This document shows, in pieces, positions 18,271-28,313 of a stretch of DNA of 61,471 nt. The DNA comes from a virus. Lineage: Duplodnaviria > Caudoviricetes. The notes beneath the pieces were generated by a model. That model saw only the letters and a list, made by a program, of their open reading frames with translations. It did not search any database and had not been told where the DNA came from. How positions within the stretch are numbered: position 1 is the stretch's first letter; each line of letters starts with the position of its first letter. The stretch lies in the IMG/VR virus record IMGVR_UViG_3300036987_000148, positions 1 through 61,471 of that record; one strand, given 5' to 3'. Position numbers and translations under genes: made by a program.

Positions 18271-18655
18271 AGGAAATTCCAAACCTTTCGGAGATAATCT
18301 TGGACAATTCTTGAGGATCGTCATTATAGGTCTTCGTCAACTTCTCGACTTCTTTTTTTTCTTTTTCCGTCAGTTCTGTTGATTTTGCAGCAAATTCCTT
18401 CTCAAGATTTGCGATAACCTCTTGATATTTCTTGTTTAGTTTTTCTCTTTCTTCGAGTTCTTTTTGATGAGACTCATTAAGAACTCGAATTTGATCCTCA
18501 TATGAGGTTTGAGAACTCTTCAGAAGTTTCAGAAGATTGCCGACCTTCCCTCCTGTCACAATCGCAGTTACCACAATCGCTATCAGAATCACAGGAACAT
18601 ACCAATAATTCTTTAACCAGACCCAAATCTTTTGCCAAACCAGTAAGTTAAACAT
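18260..18655 (-). CDS. N-terminal TM plus coiled-coil protein (i-spanin-like candidate)
   Basis: YWYVPVILIAIVVTAIV TM segment followed by a long charged coiled coil; overlaps the next gene. Confidence 0.5.
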   Translation of the reverse strand: MFNLLVWQKIWVWLKNYWYVPVILIAIVVTAIVTGGKVGNLLKLLKSSQTSYEDQIRVLNESHQKELEEREKLNKKYQEVIANLEKEFAAKSTELTEKEKKEVEKLTKTYNDDPQELSKIISERFGISYVQ

Positions 18656-20099
18656 TTTTTCTCTTCTTCCTTTTTTGTTCCTGAAGAACTTCGATACTCG
18701 CCATCTCTAACGCTGTATCCAAATCCGAATAACCCAAATCAATGAGTTTAAAGTCTTTTGTCTTCGGATCAATCATGACATTTCCCATGTGACTATCCTT
18801 GTATGAAATTCCCTTTTCTGCCAAAACCGACATAGCCTCAAAAAAATCCTTCATGAATTGATACTTGATTGGGTGAGTTGCTTTGAAATAAGAAAGAGAA
18901 TCAAATCCTTTGACTGTCGTTGACTTAAGCACTTCTTCCGAATACCACCAAGAATATTCCGAATCAAATTGCCGAAAGACAAAATTCAAAAATTCATCAA
19001 AATTTGGAAACTGTGCGACAATTTCTGTGTTGAAATCCCACAAATTCAAAACAGAATCGACCTTTTTAACCTCTTCAAAAATTTCAGGGAAAGAAGACAG
19101 CGATACCAATTTCTCCATTATCAAAAAATATTTGAACGTTGCAAGATCCTTCAGGGCATCGATATAACCTATTTTGTGAATCTTAACAAAGTTCGGATGA
19201 TTAAAAGTTTCATAATCCAATCTCTGCCAAGCAGCAAGTTCTCTAGGATCTTTGGTAAATTTAATCACAAACTCGTTCGAATTGTTCTGCGAAACCATAT
19301 CATAAACAACTCCTTGTGTACCTTCCCCTAATTGTTTCCCAAGTTTAAATCCTATCTTCAAAAGTTTTCTCTCAACATGCGAAAGATAAGAGATAAATGT
19401 TTGAACTTTCCCTTTCCGGTCTGTTACTTGTTTTTTCCCCTTAACAGTAGTATTCCCATCAACGATTGCCCTTCCCGCAACCATTGCCTCTCCGTAAACT
19501 CTAGCATTCTCGCAAACCTGAGCCTCTTCGAAAATCTCAGATTTTCCATATACTTTCGCATTACCATAAATTCTGGCATGATCATGAATCTGTGTTTCTC
19601 CGGAAACTAACGCGCTATCATAAACTTTTGAAAAGCCATAAACTTTTGCAGACTCACTAATCTGAGCATCATCGAAAACACTAGCAGCGTCAAAAATCTG
19701 AACGTTGTCAGAGATTAAAACATTTCCACTAACTTTAGCGGCTCCATAAATCTTTGCACGACCAAAAACTTCTGCGTCTTCAAATACTTCCGCTACTTCA
19801 TTGATTTGCGCAAAATCGGCAATCAAGGCGTGATCATAGATTAAAGCCTTTCCGGTAATCAATGCGCTGCCAATAACCCGAGCAAAATCAAAAACCCGTG
19901 TATAATCTAGAACTTTTGCTCTATCAATAACTGATGCTTTTCGGAAAACACACGCATTCTCTCCGACATAAGCAGTTTTATCAACTTTTGCCGTATTCGC
20001 AACCCAACCACCTTTTGAACCGTCAGGATTCTTATGACGATGAGCAGGTACCGGACCATAACCGTCGCCAAAATCAAATTTGTCTACTGATTTTGCCAT
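18648..20099 (-). CDS. Hexapeptide-repeat (left-handed beta-helix) protein fused to a Ser/Thr protein-kinase-like domain
   Basis: GGWVA then about 30 A.V.[DG]. hexads; kinase motifs LGEGTQGVVY, VIKF, HPNFVKI, IMEKL, YKDSHMGNVM, LIDLG. Confidence 0.85.
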   Translation of the reverse strand: MAKSVDKFDFGDGYGPVPAHRHKNPDGSKGGWVANTAKVDKTAYVGENACVFRKASVIDRAKVLDYTRVFDFARVIGSALITGKALIYDHALIADFAQINEVAEVFEDAEVFGRAKIYGAAKVSGNVLISDNVQIFDAASVFDDAQISESAKVYGFSKVYDSALVSGETQIHDHARIYGNAKVYGKSEIFEEAQVCENARVYGEAMVAGRAIVDGNTTVKGKKQVTDRKGKVQTFISYLSHVERKLLKIGFKLGKQLGEGTQGVVYDMVSQNNSNEFVIKFTKDPRELAAWQRLDYETFNHPNFVKIHKIGYIDALKDLATFKYFLIMEKLVSLSSFPEIFEEVKKVDSVLNLWDFNTEIVAQFPNFDEFLNFVFRQFDSEYSWWYSEEVLKSTTVKGFDSLSYFKATHPIKYQFMKDFFEAMSVLAEKGISYKDSHMGNVMIDPKTKDFKLIDLGYSDLDTALEMASIEVLQEQKRKKRKNV

Positions 20100-20407
20100 T
20101 ATCCTCTAGAACTCCCATGCTTCCAAACCGCAGCAATATCGACCAAAGCGGCAGAACCAATGTAAGCCAAACTAATCGCAACCCAGGCATCAGCATCAAC
20201 ACTACCCATAAATAAAGCAACGGTTCCGGTTAACCAAACCGCAAACTTCCGGCTGGAAATCTTTCCTAAAAGAACATCCAATATCCCTTTAGGATCGCTT
20301 TTCCAACCTTCATTTTCTGTAGTTTCAACACTGGTGCTAGAAGAAATCTTTATTTCTCTTTCGACATCAGAAGCAATTGATTTGAGAAGCCCTTTTTCTT
20401 CGTCCAT
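20099..20407 (-). CDS. Putative holin
   Basis: 102 aa; SRKFAVW followed by two short hydrophobic segments; near the spanin-like genes. Confidence 0.5.
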   Translation of the reverse strand: MDEEKGLLKSIASDVEREIKISSSTSVETTENEGWKSDPKGILDVLLGKISSRKFAVWLTGTVALFMGSVDADAWVAISLAYIGSAALVDIAAVWKHGSSRG

Positions 20408-20444
20408 TGATTTTCCCCATTTCTCTAATAATTAGAGGGAAAAC

Positions 20445-23400
20445 CTAAATCTGCACCCGAGCGTAACTGTTAATCTTTTCAATCGGAACAATCATATCCA
20501 CATTATCCTTCAGAACTTCAAGGTGAGAAATCAGAAAAACAACCCTAAACGTATTCTTCAGCAGTTCTAAACCTCGAATAAAGCCATCCATATTCTCTTC
20601 GTCCAAGTCTGTCGCAGGCTCATCCAGAATAAAGATATCCGGTTTCGGCAAAGAAGACACCTTGATCAATGCCAGTCGAATCGCAAAAGCAGCGAGTGTC
20701 TTTTCCGCACCAGAACCCATCTCAATAAGTCTTGGATCGAAAGAAGGATGCTTAATGTAAATCTCCAGGCGATCATCATCATCAACAAAGAAAATTTCGA
20801 AATCAACGACATTCATCAATATCTTTGCTATCTCAGAATTGATCAATGGAAGTTTTCTTTTGATGATTTCGTAAGAAATTCCATTTGTGTGCATACAACG
20901 CATGAACATTTCATAGTAGAAATATTGTTTACGGAGTCTTCTTGTCTCTTCTTCTTCTGCCACAATCGAATTCAATTCCTGTTCCAAAGAACCAATTCGA
21001 CCAACACACACCCTAAAGGAATTGTCAATGTTCTGATATATCTTTTCTTCTTCAACATATTCTTTCTGAACGTTTGATAACTCAGAATTCAAAGACTTAA
21101 TCAAGTGCTGTTCTTCTTTCCTCTTCTCGAAAAGATCCAGCAATCTCCTATTCTCTTTGATTTCATTTTGAAGTTTGGTCTTCTTTGTCTGAAGAACATT
21201 AACCTCCGAGAGAAAATCTACAATCTGAGATTGAGTTTGATTCTTCCTGGAAAGAAGTTCTTCGTATTTACCCAAAATTCTTTCTGTCTCTTCAAGATTC
21301 AGACCGGCAATTCTCCGAAGAAGTTCTTCTTTCTTGTCGGTTTCTTCCTGAATTCTCTTGCCAATCTCAGGCATTTGCTGCTTTGCTATATGCGCATCCT
21401 TAATAAATTTGCAACTGGAAAACAGAGTCCCGCAAGGAACCTCTTTCAACAGATTTGATTTTGTTCTCTTGTTTTCCTCGTCCAACTCCAAAATCTTGAT
21501 ATTCTTTTCGATAGATTTGATTTCTTTCAAAATTTCATTGGACTGATTCTGAATATCCTTGTGCCGCTCCAATTTAAATTCTGCTAGAAACTGCTCGATC
21601 TTTGAGAATAAGGTCTTCTTCTTTTGAAGTTCTTTATTTTTTTCTGCCAGGGATTCGCGAACAATGGACAGTTCCCTGGCAAAATTTTCTTTATTCCGAA
21701 GCATTAATTCTTCGTCAATCAGGTCGATATTCTTGAAAGAAGAAAGCCTTGTTCGAATCTCGGTTGCCTGTTCTCGCAAGGAATCAACAGCGTTCTTCTG
21801 TTCCGTTCTTTTGTTCTCCAGTCGTTCGGATTCTTCTTCCTTTTCCTCTTTCAAAAGTCGAATTCTATCAATTTCTTCCGAATAATTTTTGTTCTCTACC
21901 CTTCGAAGATTTGATCTTAGAATTCCTGCTTCTTCTTTTGCCAGCAAGAATTTCTGTTCGAACAAGCCAAGATCCAGGAATTTCGCAAGAATTTCTTTGC
22001 GTTTGGTTGAACCCTCTTCGATATAAGACAATGCTCCATGTTGAGAAGAAAAAGAAGTCAGAAGAAAGTCTTCCAGAGTGCCAAACAACCTCCGAATATT
22101 CTTATCTGTCTCTTTCCGATCTTCCCCATTTAGGTCGGTAATGACACCGGAATCTGAAATCCTTTGGAAATTAACAGAGGTTTTCGCTTCTGTTGATTCG
22201 ACCCCTTTCAACACCTTCTTATATTTCTCAGAGTTTCTTTCGATTTTGTAAATGGAACTGCCAATACGAATGGAGATTTGCCCGCTGGCATTCTCCTTGT
22301 TTTGGTTAATGATGTTCAGAACTTTCTTGTTGTTCTTGGAAGAGGAATTATAGATTGTGTACACAAAACTTTCAATCAATGAAGATTTTCCTGTCTTGTT
22401 CGCCCCCAAAATTCCAACAATTCCAGACAGATTTGAGAAATCAATTCGATTATCTCCCCCGTAGTTGTACAGATTGTTCCAAATATGTTCTTCAAGACTC
22501 CAGGAAATTCCTCGTTCAATCTCTTCGTCTAGGTTCAATTGATGGTTAAACTTCCGATTAAGTTCAAAAATCTCAAGGAAATCTTCTTCCTTTAGTTCAT
22601 ATTCTTTCAGATGTTCCCGAATATGCTTTTCTTGAATGGAAGTATCTCTGAGGTTTTCTTCTTCAACGTCCTGTCCCAAGTAGTTGATGATTTGTTTTTT
22701 TCCTTTGTTCAGGAAGACAACAGATTCAGGCTTGAACTTGAACCGAATTAACTCAATTACCTGATGAAAAAGGTCAAGAGGAATATCTTTCTGCGAAACA
22801 ATTCGAATCCGCGAACCTTCAGAAATTTGAAGATTCTTCGGAAGTCTGCCAGAAGGAGTCAATTCCACGGTGACAAAAGGATAAAGAGCAGGAATTTCTA
22901 CATGCTTAACCGAAAATTTATCCTTCCCTTGAATATCCCAAATCAAAACTCCCTTGTCGTTTGTTTCCGAAAAGTTCTGTTGAATCGCAGAACCGGCATA
23001 AATAAACCGACCGCTCTTATCAACACTTTGAAATGTTTTGTGAATATCCCCGAGAAAACCAAAATCGCAACCCTCAAAAATTGATAAAGGTTCCCCGCCT
23101 TTCAGGCTGAAACCGGAATCGGTTTCGATACTCTCAATTCCACCATGAAACAACGCGATATTGACCTTTGAAGAATCAGAGGGGGATACCCATCGCTCAG
23201 GGTCTAGAATCGACTTAACATTAAATATGCAAGCCTCAGAGGGTGTTTTGTATTCTCCGGAGAACTTCAGGTAGTGAATGTTCGGATGGTTCAATGCTTC
23301 GACGACCGGAGAGACAGAATCCAACCTGGAACTGTTATTCAGATTCAGATCGTGATTTCCGGCAATCAAATAAAACGGTTTACGATCTGCTACCTCTTTC

Positions 23401-23585
23401 AAAAATTCAGAAGCAAGTTGAACCGACTCACTGCTTAGTTGCAGTTTATTATGATACAGATCCCCGGTAAAAACAACAGCATCAACAGAGTCAACCAACT
23501 CCAAAAGTTTTGCTTTAAAGTGTCGATAACCTTCGTGATACTTCAACAGTCTAATGTGCAAATCAGAAAAATGTAAAAATTTCAA
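20445..23585 (-). CDS. Fused SbcD/Mre11 nuclease and SbcC/Rad50 ATPase (gp47-gp46 fusion)
   Basis: Phosphoesterase motifs SDLH, GDLYH, GNHD, GDIH; Walker A GANKTGKSS, coiled coil, signature MGSGAE, Walker B FILDEP, ISH. Confidence 0.92.
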   Translation of the reverse strand: MKFLHFSDLHIRLLKYHEGYRHFKAKLLELVDSVDAVVFTGDLYHNKLQLSSESVQLASEFLKEVADRKPFYLIAGNHDLNLNNSSRLDSVSPVVEALNHPNIHYLKFSGEYKTPSEACIFNVKSILDPERWVSPSDSSKVNIALFHGGIESIETDSGFSLKGGEPLSIFEGCDFGFLGDIHKTFQSVDKSGRFIYAGSAIQQNFSETNDKGVLIWDIQGKDKFSVKHVEIPALYPFVTVELTPSGRLPKNLQISEGSRIRIVSQKDIPLDLFHQVIELIRFKFKPESVVFLNKGKKQIINYLGQDVEEENLRDTSIQEKHIREHLKEYELKEEDFLEIFELNRKFNHQLNLDEEIERGISWSLEEHIWNNLYNYGGDNRIDFSNLSGIVGILGANKTGKSSLIESFVYTIYNSSSKNNKKVLNIINQNKENASGQISIRIGSSIYKIERNSEKYKKVLKGVESTEAKTSVNFQRISDSGVITDLNGEDRKETDKNIRRLFGTLEDFLLTSFSSQHGALSYIEEGSTKRKEILAKFLDLGLFEQKFLLAKEEAGILRSNLRRVENKNYSEEIDRIRLLKEEKEEESERLENKRTEQKNAVDSLREQATEIRTRLSSFKNIDLIDEELMLRNKENFARELSIVRESLAEKNKELQKKKTLFSKIEQFLAEFKLERHKDIQNQSNEILKEIKSIEKNIKILELDEENKRTKSNLLKEVPCGTLFSSCKFIKDAHIAKQQMPEIGKRIQEETDKKEELLRRIAGLNLEETERILGKYEELLSRKNQTQSQIVDFLSEVNVLQTKKTKLQNEIKENRRLLDLFEKRKEEQHLIKSLNSELSNVQKEYVEEEKIYQNIDNSFRVCVGRIGSLEQELNSIVAEEEETRRLRKQYFYYEMFMRCMHTNGISYEIIKRKLPLINSEIAKILMNVVDFEIFFVDDDDRLEIYIKHPSFDPRLIEMGSGAEKTLAAFAIRLALIKVSSLPKPDIFILDEPATDLDEENMDGFIRGLELLKNTFRVVFLISHLEVLKDNVDMIVPIEKINSYARVQI

Positions 23586-24511
23586 GTAATTCCCTCAAGC
23601 ATTCTCATCAATATCGAATCCGAATTCATGGTTCTTGCATTCTGTCTTCTTATAGTATAGCCTTCTGCGCCCAATTCATTAACATCTTTATGGGGGGCAA
23701 TCTCAACTTTTCTTACATCAACCCCCAACTCCATCAAATTTTTGATAATTCTGTTCTCTTTTCTTTCCGCGTCCAGATCCAAACAAACATAAACTGGAAG
23801 TTTGGTTTCTGTCAATTTCCCCATCAACTTCGAATCAGTTGATAAGGAAGAACCCAACAAAGGAACAGCATTCTTCGCAGAAATAGCGTCCAGAACACCC
23901 TCCACGATTGAAACCGGCTTCTCCCAATCAACATACATTTCGTTGAAGATTATATCTTTGGAGACTTCTGAATTGATATATTTTTCTTTGTCCCTTCGAT
24001 ATGTTCGCGACACAAAGAAATTACAACGACCGTCAAGATCAAAAGAAGGAAAGATGATTCTTCCTGCATATTTTCCGACCGAACAATAACCAATCTTCCA
24101 CTTCAGAATATCTCTCAGGAAAACTCCCCGACCTTTAAGGAATAATCTAGGTTCAATCGAAGATATTGGAAGTTGCTTGTTCCCCAGGAAGATAAACTCC
24201 TTGGGCAACTCAACCTCCTTTACTATCTCTTCGGTTTCTTCTTCAATAGCAAAAAGTTCGGAAAAATCAACATGACCAGTTAATACCTTCCATTCTTCGT
24301 ATTGAGATTTGCTAGCAAAACGCTTGACCAATTTGGAAACGCTGTGTCCGGAATAACCGCAAACCCAACACTGAAATTTGTCCAGATTGATATTGACGGA
24401 AAGTTTTTTCTTATGATGCCCGCAACGTGGACAGAAGAACAGATACTCATCGGAGAAAGGTTTGTAATAACCTAGAGCCTCTTGCAGTATTTTTAGTTTT
24501 TCGATCAACAT
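23582..24511 (-). CDS. DNA primase (Zn finger plus TOPRIM)
   Basis: CPRCGH...CWVC, RIIFP, VEGVLDA, CLDLDA, KDVNE. Confidence 0.88.
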   Translation of the reverse strand: MLIEKLKILQEALGYYKPFSDEYLFFCPRCGHHKKKLSVNINLDKFQCWVCGYSGHSVSKLVKRFASKSQYEEWKVLTGHVDFSELFAIEEETEEIVKEVELPKEFIFLGNKQLPISSIEPRLFLKGRGVFLRDILKWKIGYCSVGKYAGRIIFPSFDLDGRCNFFVSRTYRRDKEKYINSEVSKDIIFNEMYVDWEKPVSIVEGVLDAISAKNAVPLLGSSLSTDSKLMGKLTETKLPVYVCLDLDAERKENRIIKNLMELGVDVRKVEIAPHKDVNELGAEGYTIRRQNARTMNSDSILMRMLEGIT

Positions 24512-24546
24512 GCAATGAAGATAGCATCACCCAAAGAAACTGGAAA

Positions 24547-25092
24547 TCAACTTGTCGCAAACCCATAGAGAAGCAAAACAATTGCGTCTGCTTCGTCCGA
24601 GACTCCAGAAATCAGATTGCCTTCTTTGGTGTATAGTTCCTTTTGATTTTTGCGGAAGGGATACAAATTGTAAACCCATTCTGAAATGTATACCTTGGTA
24701 GCCTTCCCTTTTGTTCCTTTGGGGACTTTAATTCCCGCTGAATTCCTGGCAGCATTGGGATAAACATGCTCCGGTTCTACTCCGAACAATTCGAAGCACA
24801 TAAGAGAAATCATGCCATTGAAGAATTGAAGAAGCGAAATTGTGTGAGCCGTTGATTGATCACCGAACATCATTGCGGGAGATTCAATGACTATGCGAGA
24901 TATTGGAAATTTTGTAATGTCTTTTTGCAGAAAAGTCTTGAAAGATCGTCCCCGAACATATAAAGTTGGTGCGGGTTTCTTCTTGGTTTTCTTTGGGAAT
25001 TTGATAGCGCCAGTACAGATAATTTCTTTTGTCTCTGCGTTACCAACAGCATATCCAATTACTGCCGTGCTTATATCCAATGTCAAAATCAC
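24547..25092 (-). CDS. RuvC-like Holliday junction resolvase
   Basis: ILTLDIST..GYAV, IVIESP, DEADAI. Confidence 0.85.
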   Translation of the reverse strand: MILTLDISTAVIGYAVGNAETKEIICTGAIKFPKKTKKKPAPTLYVRGRSFKTFLQKDITKFPISRIVIESPAMMFGDQSTAHTISLLQFFNGMISLMCFELFGVEPEHVYPNAARNSAGIKVPKGTKGKATKVYISEWVYNLYPFRKNQKELYTKEGNLISGVSDEADAIVLLLYGFATS

Positions 25093-25095
25093 AAA

Positions 25096-26325
25096 TCACA
25101 TATCAAGCGAAACTTTAAAAAGGAATTCGTCTTGCTTTCTTTTTCGTACCGGACGTGCTAATTTTACGGTTGCCAATGGCAATTTGTTATCATCCAGTAA
25201 TACTATTTTACTCAGAAATGTCTGTCTGTTAAATTTTTCTTTTGAGACATACTCGGAATTATCCAAAGAGACAAACTCTTTCGAGTATATATCCTTCTCT
25301 GTGTTCGCAACAAATAACTTGCTGGACTCTTCGAAACTCTCATATTTCCGCAATGCAGAAAAAGGATTCAACCCATAAGAACCGGACTGTCCATAAGAAA
25401 TGAACGTGCGGTTTGGAGAAAAATCCAAATCATCGAATGGTGCGCTCAACATAAAGGTTCGAACCGGAATGTCCTGATGTCCTTTGATTTTCAGGAAGTA
25501 CATATAGGAATCATCATCTGTTTTTTCCCCGAAATGATACCACCGAGGGGTTGTCTCCGGAACATCCAAAAATTCACCGGAAGCGGGAGTTTCCGTCAAC
25601 GACCAACTTCCAGAGAGAAGAATAATTCCTTGCTTGTATAACACGGTACCAGCAACCTGATTGTCAAAAGATGAAGAATTTTCGACCAAAGAAGAATCGA
25701 AAGATTGAATTAATTCTCCGTTTAAATTCGAATCCTTCAGAATCGCTATGCTCTTTGTTCCTGTATGCCCTTCTCCTGCATTTTCAGTTCTCAGAACTCT
25801 TAACTCGACTGAACCTCTTTTTATTTGTTTGCCATAGAAAAGAGAAGGAATTTGAACAATTCGGATTGTCTGTTGAGATTTGTCCCCGAAAGAAGAGGAA
25901 AAGGCATAATGTTTGCTAAAGATTTCGTTATAGTTAAGAGTATTCTTGAGCGCATAAAGATGAGAGTCCACCATTCCAGGAATTGAAATACTGCTAGTGA
26001 TTCTCACAACATGATCGTAGTTTCCCGTAATTTTTGTTCCCGGCAGATAACTTGAATAGTCCCCAACTGAGATTGTGCGATAAGATGTCAGGCTCGAATC
26101 TCGAATAATGAAAGGTTCAATGTTTCCGGAAACATTATTCAATTCTTCCAGGCGCAAAGAAATGTTCCCGCTCAATTCAGAACCGTAAGAAATTTGGGTT
26201 GTTGCTCCGTTGATTGTCGCAAGACTTGCGGAAAGATCAAAACTGGTGCAAAAAATATTCCATTCTGGATAAGCAGTTAGGGAATAAACAAATTTTTCGT
26301 TAGGATTCAGGCTATATATCGACAT
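25096..26325 (-). CDS. Virion structural protein (baseplate/tail-associated)
   Basis: IPSLFYGKQIKRGSV and C-terminal LATVKLARPVRK..FKVSLD; paralog of the next gene. Confidence 0.55.
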   Translation of the reverse strand: MSIYSLNPNEKFVYSLTAYPEWNIFCTSFDLSASLATINGATTQISYGSELSGNISLRLEELNNVSGNIEPFIIRDSSLTSYRTISVGDYSSYLPGTKITGNYDHVVRITSSISIPGMVDSHLYALKNTLNYNEIFSKHYAFSSSFGDKSQQTIRIVQIPSLFYGKQIKRGSVELRVLRTENAGEGHTGTKSIAILKDSNLNGELIQSFDSSLVENSSSFDNQVAGTVLYKQGIILLSGSWSLTETPASGEFLDVPETTPRWYHFGEKTDDDSYMYFLKIKGHQDIPVRTFMLSAPFDDLDFSPNRTFISYGQSGSYGLNPFSALRKYESFEESSKLFVANTEKDIYSKEFVSLDNSEYVSKEKFNRQTFLSKIVLLDDNKLPLATVKLARPVRKRKQDEFLFKVSLDM

Positions 26326-26373
26326 AGTTTCCCCTACTCTTTAATTAGCCAGCAAAGGATTTCTCTTTCTTGA

Positions 26374-27372
26374 TTAGTGGTCAAGTCGGACTTTGAGAAT
26401 TGCTTCCGTTGATTTGTTCTTAATAATGGGAGTGCTGAGTTTGGCAACGGCGAGAAGGCTACTGTCCGCACCATACAGACCAACACCCGTGATATAAGTT
26501 GAAGAAAGATCGTTGGCGTTTTCCTTTACTCGAATTTTACTTCCAGAAAGGTATGTCGGATTCGAAGAGTAATTGAAATCGTTGTGATTGAGGCGACAGA
26601 AGTAAATTGTAGAATCCAACTCCAGAGTATTGTTAAATTGAATATTGTACATCCGATGTCTGACCGATTCACAGAATTCTTCAATTGTACTGCCGCTCAT
26701 ATCTTCAAACGTATCCGCACCAGAATTAAACTCATAAGATCCAAAGGTTCCGCTTAGATCAATAATTGCAACTCCTGCCTGATAGAAAAGCAATCCGGCT
26801 TGAGTAGCAGACCCGCTAACCGTTAGGATTCCATATTCTCCAGCGGGAGAATTGACACGATAATTGTTAACGTTGTCGATAAGTTTGATGGTTGTCGCAA
26901 AAGGATCATCATGATCGCCAGAACCAAATTCAGCAGAAAAACTTCCTCTCTTGATTTCATCTTTCACAAGCACCCGAGAAAAGGGAATTGCTAGAACTTC
27001 TTGATACTTCGTTCCACCGGCAGCAAGATCACCGTCTTGATCGAATTCATTGATGGAGCCAGTTCTGTCATGACCCATAAGGACCGATGCTAACTGACTA
27101 TAGATAACCTGTTTCTTTGTGAATTGATCATCTTCCGCTTCAAGCCAAGCAGAACCAGATTTAATTCCAACGGTCATATCAAACCATTGATTCGCAGAAG
27201 CAGCGGTATAATCAGAGTCATAGACAGAAACAAACATCTCGTGAGAATATTCTTTGATGTTTGCGTCTGTTGCTCCCGAAACAACACTTCCCGTTAAAGG
27301 CACAGATTCATGAAGCAACGTCCTGGTTGCAACAGAATCATTACCTAAGAATGTCTTGAAAATTCCTGCCAT
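26374..27372 (-). CDS. Virion structural protein (baseplate/tail-associated)
   Basis: KDEIKRGSF, FNYSSNPTY, YITGVGLY...LLAVAKLSTPIIK..KVRLD. Confidence 0.6.
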   Translation of the reverse strand: MAGIFKTFLGNDSVATRTLLHESVPLTGSVVSGATDANIKEYSHEMFVSVYDSDYTAASANQWFDMTVGIKSGSAWLEAEDDQFTKKQVIYSQLASVLMGHDRTGSINEFDQDGDLAAGGTKYQEVLAIPFSRVLVKDEIKRGSFSAEFGSGDHDDPFATTIKLIDNVNNYRVNSPAGEYGILTVSGSATQAGLLFYQAGVAIIDLSGTFGSYEFNSGADTFEDMSGSTIEEFCESVRHRMYNIQFNNTLELDSTIYFCRLNHNDFNYSSNPTYLSGSKIRVKENANDLSSTYITGVGLYGADSSLLAVAKLSTPIIKNKSTEAILKVRLDH

Positions 27373-27384
27373 TTTTTATTTCCT

Positions 27385-28278
27385 CTATGTTAACTTAATG
27401 AACCGAACCGGAACAGCAACAGAAATTCCGGTTGTTCCCCCGGTAACACGAATTATTGAATCGATAAACCTGTAAGTTTCCCCATCTCCAAGGGCGCTGG
27501 TAGAATCTCCCAATCTGGTTAACAAATAATCACTGGTATTAAGATCAATCGAACTTCGGACCTTAAAACTCAATCTGGTTCCTCTTGGACCGGAAATGGT
27601 TGAACCTTCCTGCTTAAACCTATCCGGAACATCCTGAACATAATCAGAATCTACAGAAGACAGGAAGTAACTGGCGATATCATCATCATCCACATAAGAG
27701 GGGGTTGCTTGTGTTCCTTCTTTGCTCGAAATAGAACCAAATCGATTATCAATCTCCAGAATGTATTGAGTCTCTTTCAGATCGGAATCCAAGGGAAGCG
27801 CATACGAAATTTCAGAAGTATCTAAACCTTGATCGATTTTGACGAAACCAGGACCAGAACTGACAGTTTCTCCAAAGAGTAAACCGGGAGTCACAATATT
27901 TTTCAATGCCGTTTCGGTTTCTTCGTTCACCGCGACATAAAAGGTTCCATCTGAATAAGGGGCTGAATCTCCAACCTCTTGCAATTTCAAAACAGGCAAA
28001 TATAACAGATTCGTTCGGGAGATTGAAATACATTTGCTTTTCATCGATGCAGCATTATCTGTGAACGCTTCAAAGATCGGAGTCAACAGAAGGTTAAGAT
28101 CGAAAAAAGCAGATCCGGAGGGATTTGTTGAATCATAGAAAGAATAATCAATCTCATCGTCTGCTACCGCGAACTTGACGATCTTAAAGGAACCGTCACC
28201 CCTGGCTAATCGATATCTTCCCTCGTCAGTCAAAACTGCATCCAGAATAATATCAGAAGAGTTATCTAGAAAACCCAT
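27385..28278 (-). CDS. Virion structural protein (baseplate-associated)
   Basis: MGFLDNS.DIILDAVLTDEGR..LA.G..FKIVKFA..DDEIDY. Confidence 0.6.
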   Translation of the reverse strand: MGFLDNSSDIILDAVLTDEGRYRLARGDGSFKIVKFAVADDEIDYSFYDSTNPSGSAFFDLNLLLTPIFEAFTDNAASMKSKCISISRTNLLYLPVLKLQEVGDSAPYSDGTFYVAVNEETETALKNIVTPGLLFGETVSSGPGFVKIDQGLDTSEISYALPLDSDLKETQYILEIDNRFGSISSKEGTQATPSYVDDDDIASYFLSSVDSDYVQDVPDRFKQEGSTISGPRGTRLSFKVRSSIDLNTSDYLLTRLGDSTSALGDGETYRFIDSIIRVTGGTTGISVAVPVRFIKLT

Positions 28279-28313
28279 TTTTTTCTCCCGTTACGTTTTA
28301 AATAGTCCTTCTT

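Noticed and set aside
19434-20003. Hexapeptide repeats as an LpxA/LpxD-type acyltransferase
   Set aside because: The pattern (GGWVA then A.V.G/D hexads) fits the phage YdcK-like beta-helix type, and I could identify no acyltransferase catalytic context.
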